Positions 51,423-64,000 of a stretch of 64,000 nt of DNA are shown here, piece by piece. Position 1 is the first letter of the stretch; each line of letters begins with the position of its first letter. Origin of the DNA: the human T2T-CHM13v2.0 reference genome, Homo sapiens; assembly GCF_009914755.1 (NCBI RefSeq), contig NC_060934.1. One strand, 5' to 3'. A program made the translations under genes and the position numbers. Below the pieces are notes generated by a model. The model saw only the letters and a list, made by a program, of their open reading frames with translations. It searched no databases and was not told where the DNA came from.

Positions 51423-52708
51423 GTAAAGTCTGATTGTTATACCATTTTATATCATTTTGTGTTAATAATGACATTTACTGCATTAAAAACAGACAAACAA
51501 AAAAGGTTGTAGAACTTGTTCTCTGATTGCCAGATTTCTCTAGCTTTGTGATTTATTTCTGGCATTTTTACCCTTTTGGTGTTCTGGATGCCTTTTATTG
51601 ATTTATTCTTTTTTCTTGAAAGGATTTTCTATCCCAGTCTACCTTAAGCTGGTTTATGGTGTGATGGGTTGTTTTTTCTCTCATGAAAACTTATGAAGCC
51701 AGTAAACAAAGTTCCTAGATTTGCCTATTGCTGGGTAATTTTTCAGTGCTCTAATTCGATCTTTCAGATTTGGAATCCAAGATTTTAAGCCAGTTTAGAG
51801 CAATTGCCTTCAAACCTAGCTGAGCAGTAGGACTCCTCAGGGGCTTTTTAAAAATGTGCTTTATTCTCTGGCTTCTACAGTTAAGCCTCCACATCTCTAT
51901 TTCCTGCTGCTAGAGGAAATAGTGCTGACTAGTCCTGGGTAGCTGTCACTGAGTCCTTCAGTTTTTGCCTTGTGTCCAAAGTTGGAAAAGGAATTAGTAA
52001 TGTAATATAAAATTTTTGTAATTTATGTTGACTATCTGCCTTAATGTAGGTTAGAAAAAGTATCATTTGAAATGTTACAGTACTCATGTTTTGAATATAG
52101 TCCTTGTGTTGACTTGTAATTTTAATTGATAAAGATTGTTTTGTGTGAACTGTGGATTGTTGATTACATGAGTTGGATCATAACAGATTTCCTAAGAAAA
52201 TAGTGAACTTTTGTTCTCATTGAGTATTTTTATAGTACTTATATTGTTTTCCAAAACCTTATAAAATCTGTATTTCTCCCCCATCATACTTTCTAAAATG
52301 TTTTACTTTTCAATTTTTTTAAAAAGAAAACATCCATTACAAATAAGTAACTATACCTGTATTCAAAAACAGTGTTACTGAGTGTTATATAAACAGGAGT
52401 CTTGTTGCAAGAGTAGATTTATAATTCCAAAAGATCTGTTCCAATAGAATAAGGTGTTTATTTTAAGAATCTTAATGTGGAAGATTGAATCTGAAAATGA
52501 CAATCTTATTATTAAATAATGGCGATATTATTAATAATATTATTTTATTAAAGTAGACCTCAAATAAGCTCTTTGATTTATCAAAAATTTTATTGGATAA
52601 ATATTGAAATTTTTCTGATTTGCCTTACTACTTCACAACAATTAGCTATTCTTCTGGATAATCTAAAAACTTTGAACATTCTACTAGTATAATAGAAAAC
52701 AAATTTTG

Positions 52709-53471
<763 letters not shown>

Positions 53472-53561
53472 CTAGTTATGTTCTCTTAGGAAACATCTTT
53501 ACTATAAGGTATTAATATGGGTGATGGAAAAGTTATCATCTTGAGCTATATTGTTTTACAG

Positions 53562-53741
53562 AGTAAAAAGCGACAATATGACCAGGAAATTGAGAATCTA
53601 GAAAAACAGCAGAAACAGACTATCGAACGCCTGGAACAAGAGCACACAAATCGCTTGCGAGATGAAGCCAAACGCATCAAAGGAGAACAAGAGAAAGAGT
53701 TGTCCAAATTTCAGAATATGCTGAAGAACCGAAAGAAGGAG
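53562..53741 (+). CDS. SLK: SLK exon 12: coiled coil SKKRQYDQEIENLEKQQKQTIERLEQEHT...KNRKKE
   Basis: ttttacag|AGT...GAG|gtaagt; 180 nt, phase 0-0. Confidence 0.96.
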
Positions 53742-55981
53742 GTAAGTGTAAACTACTGTTTTTAATTACTAAAGCTTTTTTTTTTAAAAAATTGTTTTAA
53801 GACTATCTAAGGATTTAGGAATACTAATAATACTTGAGAGTTAAATAGCACCTATTCATTCTTTCATTCGGTCTTCTCAACAGTCATATAGAGTTGTAAT
53901 AAGGTCAATCATTATTCCCATTTTACTGCCAAGAAAACTGGAGTAAGAGAGGTTTTAGTGACCTGTTTAAGTTCACCTCAAGAGAGGTTTTAATGACCTG
54001 TTCACAGACTACCCCTAAATATCCAGCTAAACCTTGAATCAAGTCTTCAAATTGAGTTTAATCCATCTTAAGGTCTACCATTGTCCTTAATGCAACACAT
54101 TTAAGTCCTTATATAAAAGTATTTTTTAGAAAACTTACTATGTTGTGTTTGCCAGTGGCAGCAGTGATTCATTTTATTATTTATAAGTTATTTTTCATCT
54201 TTAATTCATACTTTTAACGATTTTGTTTGTTGATTAGCTTTATTGCCTTTCATGGGTATTGTGCCAAACAAAAGCTGAATAACCTGAAATTTGACATGCT
54301 ATCTATAACTCATCAAATTGTGAGGTACTTCGAAGAACTAGAAGTGGAACATATCTGTAAAGTCATTTGATGAGAATGAGTTTTTTCATTGTTTCCTGAA
54401 ACTGTTTCATATTGTTATAGAATCTGTTTGCAGTATAAAAGATTGTCATTGCTTCAGAAGGAAGATTTACTTATTATATTAGCATCTTTTTTTGTCCCAA
54501 ATTAAAACTAAAAGAGCTTTACATGTAGGTAATTTTCAGAGATAATTTTATAATTTATTAACATCTTCAGTATAGGAAGACGATTTGCCTTTTCATGATA
54601 TAAAAGACACCAGAGACAATGATTGTGATCAATTTTATTAGGGTTGGAACAAACAGAAACCTCAGCCAAACTAATAAATGCATTTTCACTTTTGTTACAC
54701 ATCTCAAATACCCAGATTCATTGACTTTAACATTTAAATTGAGAAGAAAATTGAATGTCATACTGCTGAATCTTAAGGATTTGCTTTAAAAAGGGTAGAG
54801 TCAAACATTAATAAATACAGTGATTTTATGATTTCTTTAGATAAAGATGAATGAAATGGTATGTGATTTTATTTGATGTGGCTTCCATTTCTAAAAATCA
54901 CTATTTTATTACTATTTCTGATGTTTTATGTAGAATTGCTGTATATACTGTGAGGTATGACATTACTGGGGCTACATGTTAATTTTCTCTCAAGTAGTTT
55001 TTGAGATATTCTTTATCTCAGTGAAATTTAAAAAATTTTACAGATAAATATATGGTTTAATCCTAAATATAAAAGTCTCAGTTATTGTTTTTGTTTGGGG
55101 GTAGGAGAGTTTCAGCCACGAACATGTTTGAGATCGTGATATGCATATTTTAAATAATTACATTATGTATTTTTTTTTCCTTATTGCTAAACTTCTTGCA
55201 TTTGGGGAGTCTCTTCCTTTTAATGGTGATTTGGTTTCATGAGGGATTACTGATGGGAAATTTTAAATACACGATGTTAAATCAAAATCAGTCTCTTTCA
55301 CGGACCATCAATAGCATGTGGTGATTTGGAATCTGGTTTCTTTTGGTGCTTCTACTTGTAAACACATGATTGTTTTTCATAGTTGGATTACAGATCTATT
55401 GTTAGATGGAATATACTTCTAGTATTTTGAAATGATTAAAAGAAGGAGCTCTAAAATGTACTTCATTCTGTATTTTATCTGCTATAATAAATCATAGCTT
55501 ACTAAACTTACTTTTAAGAGTGCTTATATTACCAATTTTTAAGTTGACAGGCTTAGCTTAACTTGTCAGCAAAGGGGAATATTCTAATCCTATTCAAGAT
55601 CATCAGATACATTCATTTTTACCACACCGTGTATAAAATGGTGTGTTTATGAAAAAACTTAGTATCCATTTATTTCTCCTTTGTGTATTCTAAGACTTGC
55701 TTTCCTTTTTTGTTTTTGGCCTCATTAAGTAGATTTTATTTAGCATTATTTCTTTAGTATGATCAAGCCAATTATGAAATTTTGCACTTTTATAAATGGC
55801 ATTAGCTTTCCTTATGTTCAATATTTCCAACTATGTCAATAGATACGTTTATAATTTTATGATCTTTCAACAAGGTCAGTTGAGTTTATCACCTGTAGTT
55901 CAGCATCAGTGCTGCAAGTAATTCTTCGCTGGTTGTCTTCGGACCTTTAAGAAAGAGAATGATACATAGGGTTATTAAGCA

Positions 55982-56200
55982 ACTAATTAACCTTTGTGTG
56001 GTGTAATGTCCCTTTCTGCACTGAGATTATGCATGTTCTCTTCTTTCATTCTTTTTCACCAGACTAACACCTATGCTAATGCATGTTGAAAGGAACTTTT
56101 TAACAACTTTAATATTTGACTTGTAGCTTATCTGCTCTCATAAATGCTTGCTGTGGAGAAAGTATCATTTCCCCACCTCCTGCATGCTTATACACTGTAG
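55982..56200 (+). promoter_or_regulatory. Intronic splicing-regulatory cluster upstream of exon 13 (RBFOX TGCATG x3, QKI ACTAAY x2)
   Basis: TGCATG at 56030, 56080 and 56181; ACTAAT at 55982; ACTAAC at 56063 with a CTAAT half-site at 56076. Confidence 0.75.
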
Positions 56201-56293
56201 GTTATAAATGAAGTGGAGAAAGCACCCAAAGAGCTGAGAAAAGAGCTCATGAAACGCAGGAAAGAGGAGCTTGCACAAAGCCAGCATGCTCAG
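56201..56293 (+). CDS. SLK: SLK exon 13: known 93-nt alternative cassette exon (long vs short isoform), VINEVEKAPKELRKELMKRRKEELAQSQHAQ
   Basis: ctgtag|GTTATA...GCTCAG|gtaaca; 31 codons, phase 0-0, so it can be skipped in frame. Confidence 0.94.
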
Positions 56294-56943
56294 GTAACAG
56301 CAGCAGCTTAATGCTACTAAAACCAGAAAGCACCATTTTCTCACAGCTTGATAAACCATGGTTGAAAGGGTAAATTTTAAGTGTTATTATTATATGATGT
56401 TGACTTCTCCCCATTCAAAAACTCCTGGAATCTTCTTTATTTAATACTAAATTCCTACTAATGGTGACATTTAAGTTGCTAATATGAAGTTAAGTGGAAT
56501 GTTTGGAAAGTTGACTCCAGATGAAATAAACAAGTATATGAATGTATAATCCACTGTTATCTGATTTTAATCTTGATGGGAGCTTATAGTTTTAAGTAGT
56601 AATGCCAATGTTTGTTAGAAAACTTTTAGGACATAAAAATAGAGGATGGTATATAAGCTTTGTGCTTACAAAAAGTATGCCCATTAAAACGCTATTATTT
56701 CTATAAAGTGCAGTTAGAAGAAAAATAGCAAATGGTAACTTTAAATGGTAGTTCAAACATGTATTGCTTTTAAGCTTGACAACATAAGCAACTTTAAAAC
56801 TGGATTTTAAATATTAAGTACCTTGTTTTTCTTTTTGGTTCACAATCCAGCAGTTAAACAAATAGACTATTTTTACCTATATAGAGTTTAAAGCAACCCA
56901 ATCTAGGTTATGATAAAGTTAAGCCTTGTCATAAGATGGGTGA

Positions 56944-57243
<300 letters not shown>

Positions 57244-57834
57244 TTGGTGAATTCTTTACGAAGTGAGATAAATTAGTATTTGTAACAGAATTTTCTAGAA
57301 TTATCTCACATGACAAGTCTTTCATATGAAGGAAGATGAATCTTCTGATTAAATTTATGCTAAGCCTGGAGGCAAGGATAAATGAGCTCAATTTTCCATT
57401 ACATAAGTCAGTGAAAGGAAGAAGAGATGTGGATCGTGTATTTAATCGATCCTTTGAATTATCTTTTTAATTTGTTGTTTTATGTGATTTAACAAGTGGT
57501 TCCCAGACTTGTGGATTTTATAGACCCATAAAAAGAAACATAGAAACAATAAAAACCACTGGGGACCATGACATGGGCTGCCATTAAAAAAATTTTTTTT
57601 TAAATTTTGCTAAGTAAAGATATTTTAAAACTGCCATTTACTTGTCACCATCATTTCAAAGGAGAGAATATTTTTAACACCATGAAAAATAAGGAAAATA
57701 TAATCTTAGAATTTAAAAATTAAATAAAACTAGCTTGTCTGAATAAATTTAGTTTGCTTTTGTTTTTTTCTTGCTATGAGCCATTGAAACATTTTTTCTT
57801 GGCCTGGTGTGGGTATTCCTAGTTTAAGGTGGTT

Positions 57835-58090
57835 AATAGCAAACGCAGCATTTACTATATGTCAGGCATTGTTCTAAATGCTTTATGTGTATGAACTTAT
57901 TTAATCTGAGTTAATTATCCTTGAGGTAGTCTTATTACCCCCAGTTTACAGTTGAGGGAACTCAAGCACAGGAAGGCTGAGTGACCCTCCCAAGGTCACA
58001 CACCTGGGTAGTGGTAGAGCCAGGATTCTCATCCAGATAAGTTTGGGTACATGTTTCACACACTGATTCGCTGCACCATGCTGCCTCTCA
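57835..58090 (-). mobile_element. MIR
   Basis: tttacagttgagggaactcaagcacag...cccaaggtcacac core. Confidence 0.75.
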
Positions 58091-58622
58091 TATTTAAGCT
58101 ACCTACTTGTGCTGCAACTTAAACTCTCGTCAGCTTGACTCAGTGGTTCTTGGCCATGTCTTGTTACCAAGTGAAGAGGAAGTCCTTGCTGGCCACACAT
58201 GTACTTTTGGTTAATTTGGATTTCAAACCAGATTAGAATAATATGGTTTTTGCCTTATAAAGGAATATAGATTTTTATTAATTCCAAAAGGCCATGTATC
58301 AAATTCTAAAGTCAAAACTGAGAATTAATGTTGAATGAATTAGGTAATACTATGTTTTAATAAGACTTTGTTGGTGATTTTTCATATAATTTTGGTAACA
58401 GGCCAGTATTTTCTGAGTAGAGCTGAAAGTAATCATAAATTCCTTCAGTAAATCTAATGAGGAATTTAGTAATCTAACAAATATTAAAAGTATTTCTATC
58501 TACTGCTTTAAGCGAAGGTACAAAAGCTTTATAACTTTACAGTCTATTTCAAACTTTTTTTGAGAATTCATAAGTAATGGTCATACAGTCATGGAGCTAG
58601 AACATATTTGATCATTTAAGTC

Positions 58623-58851
58623 CAGTGGTTTTCAAACTATACTAACAGGAATTTTGACTTTGAAAGAAGCAACTATGGGAGTCCCTAAGACGGCAAGAAC
58701 TCTGGGCTGTGAGCCCCTGCTTCTGCTTCAACTCAAGCAACACCACTTTTGCTGTGGTTTATAAACTGGGATTTTTGGGGGTGAATTTTAAAAAAGGGGG
58801 TTCTACTAGCTTAAAAAACAACAGCAACACACTAGAGTTTGGAAACCACTG
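58623..58851. mobile_element. hAT-type MITE inserted next to or within a MIR
   Basis: TIRs cagtggttttcaaact / agtttggaaaccactg. Confidence 0.7.
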
Positions 58852-59016
58852 ATCTAGTTCAAATCCTTCATTTTACAGATGAGAAAGAGGTCCATCTGTT
58901 AAGTGACTTGTTCCAGGCCTCAAGAAACTCAACATTTGTATAATTATTCTTTTCGTTTACAAAAAGTCATTCAGATATATTCTCACCTGGGAGGTGCATT
59001 CTATTCTGATCCACAG

Positions 59017-59088
59017 GGTGTTGCTCAGATCATGATTCAGTCTTTTCAGTTGTCATCTTGTGCAGTCTTCAACGCCCAAATGCAGGAC
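59017..59088 (+). CDS. SLK: Candidate additional SLK cassette exon (72 nt, GVAQIMIQSFQLSSCAVFNAQMQD)
   Basis: ctattctgatccacag|GGT...GAC|gtaagt; 24 codons, no stop, phase 0-0 matching exons 12, 13 and 14; lies in non-repeat sequence between two MIRs. Expression is not shown by the sequence. Confidence 0.6.
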
Positions 59089-61418
59089 GTAAGTCCCACG
59101 TGCCTGTGGGAGGATGGCTTCTCCTGTTTTACCTGCCTTTTCACATGTGCCTTTTCATTGTTGGCTTCATTTGCCAAAATCTAGATGATTGATACATGAT
59201 AATGTTTGTAATGACAATAATAGTGATAACCTGACTTTAGACTTCAGTATTCTTCAGAGTTTTCACATTTGGTTCTCATTGCCACCACCCTAATATAGGG
59301 ATGGAGTCATATAACCATTTTACAGATGAAGAAATTGAGGCACAGAAGACTGTGATCTGCCTCAAGTCACATAAGAGATTAACGGTAGAGCTGGAACTAG
59401 AGCACTTTTAACACGGTGTTCTGTCTACCCCGCCACAAATTCTAATTTGGGATTTTCATGTTTCTCAAGAAAATAAAATACCCTCTCAATAGTATAAGCT
59501 TTGCACATGTGAGAAATTGAATGCTGTGATTAGATTTTTATTTTCGTGTGAAGTGACATTTTGATTGCATATATGTTTATGTAGATGTTTTAATTATGGA
59601 TATGGTCAGAAAAGCCATGTTAAAAGTAGTGATTTTCATTCCGTTTAACTCTATTTTCCATTTATTCAAGTAGTCAATAATGAATAGTGAGTTTCTATTC
59701 TCCTTATTGTAGTTTTAAGTTAAGTTGGAAATTCCAAGCTGTATTCTTTCTTGCAGTTTCTATAGGGAAATAACTAGCTCATTTAACACTGTAATTTTTG
59801 TTTGTGACGTCTGATATATACAACAGGAGTAGATAGAATACAGCTTGATTTCAACCCCTCCTTTTTCCTCTCCTGAAATTAGACTTGTTTTTTATTATTG
59901 GCAGCTGTTTGACTTTTTACTGTTTTCTAAGAGAGTAAGTAAAACATTGATTTTTAAAAGGAGAGGGAGAAATTATGAATTACGATCACTTTTCTGATCA
60001 TTACCATTTTTAGCCTTTGTTTTCATTTAAAATGATCAAATTCTATACAAATAGCCCAATATATCATAACCCTTTCTTACAGTTTTCTAGACCCCAAAGT
60101 TATATTTTTAATGTTTATAGTTATCTGATTAATATGATAAAATTGTTTATCCACATTTAAACTTGTACTTTTAAAGGGCACTCATTTTACAATTTATGTG
60201 TTTACTTTAAAAAATGATTTTTGGCCTTAATAATTTGGGTTCTTTTGTTGTTGTCTTTTATTTGTTAATCCAAGTGATTAAGTTCATCTTTTTTTTTTTA
60301 AGGTGTGTTTGTGTAATCTATTTGAAATGTGAGTGCTCTTTTCATACCTGAAAGTAATTTCTAATTATAAATTCCATGTGAATGTTATTGTATTTGGCTT
60401 TTGAAGTTAGGGAATTTAGTGAATGTGTAATAACATTAACATTTTGTTTGTTTTGAGGTAATGAAATATATTGATTAGTGTGTAAGGGACCTTTTCAGAT
60501 AATTTTTAGCTTTAATATAAAAAATCCTTTATACAGTGTCCGACTACATAGTCATCCAGATTCTGCTTAATTTTTCAAGTCTACAGCTCTGTAAGGCAGC
60601 TGGGTTCTTTGCTAACTCTAATTGTTAGGACTTGTATACACTGGACTTATATCTGCCTATCTTCACTTTTACCTGTTGATCCCTATCTTACTTCTGGAGC
60701 CACACAGTGCTAGTTCTGCCTGCTTCAGTATATAAACAGTCATAGCTCCTCTTTACCCTTTAGGAGTTAGCTGCTTTAAGGAACACTTCTCTAGTTCTTT
60801 CAGGCAGTCATTGTGAGGCATGGTTTCTGAACCCTTTATTCCCAGCTTTGAGTTTTCTGTGGTTTACTTTTGAACTTTTAAAAATGTGATACTAAGGGAA
60901 GGGACCCACTACTCTTTATGTGGACTGAGACCAAGACTGTTGATACTTGGGACCAATTGAGTGGAAGCTCCTTGAAGGCAGAACTCTCTTTCATTAATTT
61001 TAGTAACCTTCTAAGTAGTATAGTGTCCACCATTTACTAAGTGCTTAATAAAGGTTTTCTTTGAATTGAACTTACTGTGTTTAATTTAGACATAAATACA
61101 GTAATATGAACAAAAATTGCATAGATGAGAAATTACATTTACTGTTTTAGTGGCACTGGCTTATATTTACCTTTTTTATTTTCCCATAAGTATTTATTCA
61201 CCCCATCCTTTACTTTTGTGTTTGATTTTTTTGTGCCTAAATGTAAGATTTATATTTATGCTAGTTAATTTAGACCCATTGTTTCTGTCTACACAGATTT
61301 TTTTTTTAATCCTGTATGTAAACCAATGATAAAAATGTTGAACAAAAGAAAACCCTTTGATATTTTTGCAGGTTATGTTGTTTATTGAACAAGTTTGTAT
61401 ATAGAAATTTTACAGTTG

Positions 61419-61746
<328 letters not shown>

Positions 61747-62836
61747 TTAATTTTGTTACAAATAGTAGGAAAAAGAAAAGCTTGAACAACTTTGTTATAA
61801 CTACTTAAAAGATAGGCTTGGAGATTTTGCATCTCTTAATTAAAACTCAGAAGCCCTTATATTCTAGATAGTTGAATTTAAATATTCATTGAAAATTTTT
61901 TCAATGATAATTTTCTTAATGATAAAGTTTTACAGGTGACTGTAGCCAAGTTGGTAATTGCATTTTATAGAGGCATTCATTAGTCTTTTCTTTCTCTACT
62001 ATATATGTATTTATGCTAAAATGCAAATGATGATGCAGATGAAACAGCAGCATTTACAACACCAAATTAGTTCACTCTCTGACATGAACTGTGTCACCTC
62101 CAGAGATTCAGGATGGTAGCAAGCCAACCATCCTGAGGAGTGGAGTGAGACTCTCTGTGCATTTGAGGAGCTGCCTGGCAGTGATCCAGACCTCATCAGA
62201 CTCTGAGGCCTCAAGAATAGTTCCAAAATGCATCTTAGGTTTTGATGTTCTCGAGGATGTGCAAGAGGGGGGATTGCAAGTGAAATTCTGCTTCAATTTT
62301 AAATTCTAAATCCACACAAAAATTGATTGAATAGTCCATGAGCCAATCACCACCTGCTGTAACTGCCAAGAGAGGGATGGACAGATCCAAATTTACATTT
62401 CTTTAATTTGGATGCTGTTCCTTTTCTTCTGTAAATGTATGATTCTAGCAGAAAGACCATAAGTCACTTTAACATTTCCTTTTTTTGCACAATAATTGAA
62501 GGATGTTTTTCTAAAGCAGAAATTTGGCATTCGGGTAGATAGTATGTACTCAATAAATATTTGTTGAATGAATTAGTGAATCCGAAACATGTTTATAGAA
62601 TTCTGTGATTATACAAATTTTCTTGATAGATTTATAGTATGTAACTCACTTTCCTATCTCCAGTTTGCATTTCTCTAGCAATGCATTCTCATTAATTTCT
62701 CAAACTATTGTTCTTCTTTTTAGGCACATGCTGTAGATACAGAAACTATCTTCTTCTGTTAGGATAGCCATGATATTTCTTCCTAAAATTCTTCCTCTTT
62801 AGTTCCCCAAATTCTGATATCTGTTTTACCTATTAG

Positions 62837-63204
<368 letters not shown>

Positions 63205-63542
63205 TAGTGGAATGAGTAATCAGTTTTAGAAGCTGCAAATTTACCATTCTCTCAAAGATGCTAGTGTAATAGGGCACTTTAATTATGAGTGGGCTATATG
63301 CTTATTCTGTATGTATCCTTCTTAGTGAGTTGAGAATATTATGTATTCTAATGCTTTTTTCTTAGACTGAATTGGGTGACTAAATACATTTGTACTATAT
63401 AATTTTAGTGATTTTAAAATCCAGCTAACTTTGCAAACTTGGTTTGGAAATCTTGTTAACCACTAATATATACAGCCATATAGATAAATGGATGTTTAGT
63501 TCATTAGATACTTATTAACTGACAATTAACTGTTTTTAATAG

Positions 63543-63672
63543 GAACAAGAGTTTGTTCAGAAACAACAGCAAGAATTAGATGGCTCTCTGAAAAAGATCA
63601 TCCAGCAGCAGAAGGCAGAGTTAGCTAATATTGAGAGAGAGTGCCTGAATAACAAGCAACAGCTCATGAGAG
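63543..63672 (+). CDS. SLK: SLK exon 14: EQEFVQKQQQELDGSLKKIIQQQKAELANIERECLNNKQQLMR; gene continues beyond the window
   Basis: ttttaatag|GAACAA...AGAG|gtaatt; 130 nt. Confidence 0.96.
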
Positions 63673-64000
63673 GTAATTTTTTTAAAATTAAGAAATACTG
63701 CAAAATGTAGAATTCCTTATGACAGTAGAAGTGAATGTAAACATATAACCCTTAAAATTTCTTCTTGCCCTGATGATGCTGGAAATATATCTGAATAATT
63801 TTGTGTACTCATTATGCCTTATAGTTGTTAGTATACCTAATGGTCGTGTGTTAGAATGGGATTTAAAGTACTTATCTTCCCTAACAAATTAGCTTAGATT
63901 TTTTTTTCTTTCTTATTAAGATGATTAAATAGGATTTTGGTGTTCGGAGTAGGACATTCTCTGTTTATACGACATTAGAACAGTCTGGAAAGAGGTAATA

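Overview
This is primate (human-type) genomic DNA, rich in Alu, L1 and MIR repeats. It holds the CpG-island promoter and first 14 coding exons of SLK (STE20-like kinase) on the + strand, recognised from the translated exons; the gene continues past the window end. About 12 kb of repeat-dominated sequence lies upstream. Exons 1-8 encode the kinase domain, exon 9 (1356 nt) the acidic linker, and exons 10-14 the coiled-coil region, including the known 93-nt cassette exon 13. All junctions are GT-AG and splice into one open frame. Main observations beyond the standard gene model: (1) a candidate additional 72-nt, in-frame, phase-0 cassette exon at 59017-59088 between exons 13 and 14; (2) a cluster of RBFOX and QKI motifs just upstream of exon 13; (3) a recent 114-bp inverted duplication (112/114 identical) ending 91 nt before the exon 2 acceptor; (4) a perfect 109-bp tandem duplication starting exactly at the exon 3 donor; (5) two young Alus inverted tail-to-tail only 15 bp apart; (6) a MER85 piggyBac MITE with one end reiterated; (7) a possible hidden intron in the AUG-free, GC-rich 5' leader. 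Repeat boundaries and subfamily names were read by eye and are approximate. No database searches were run.
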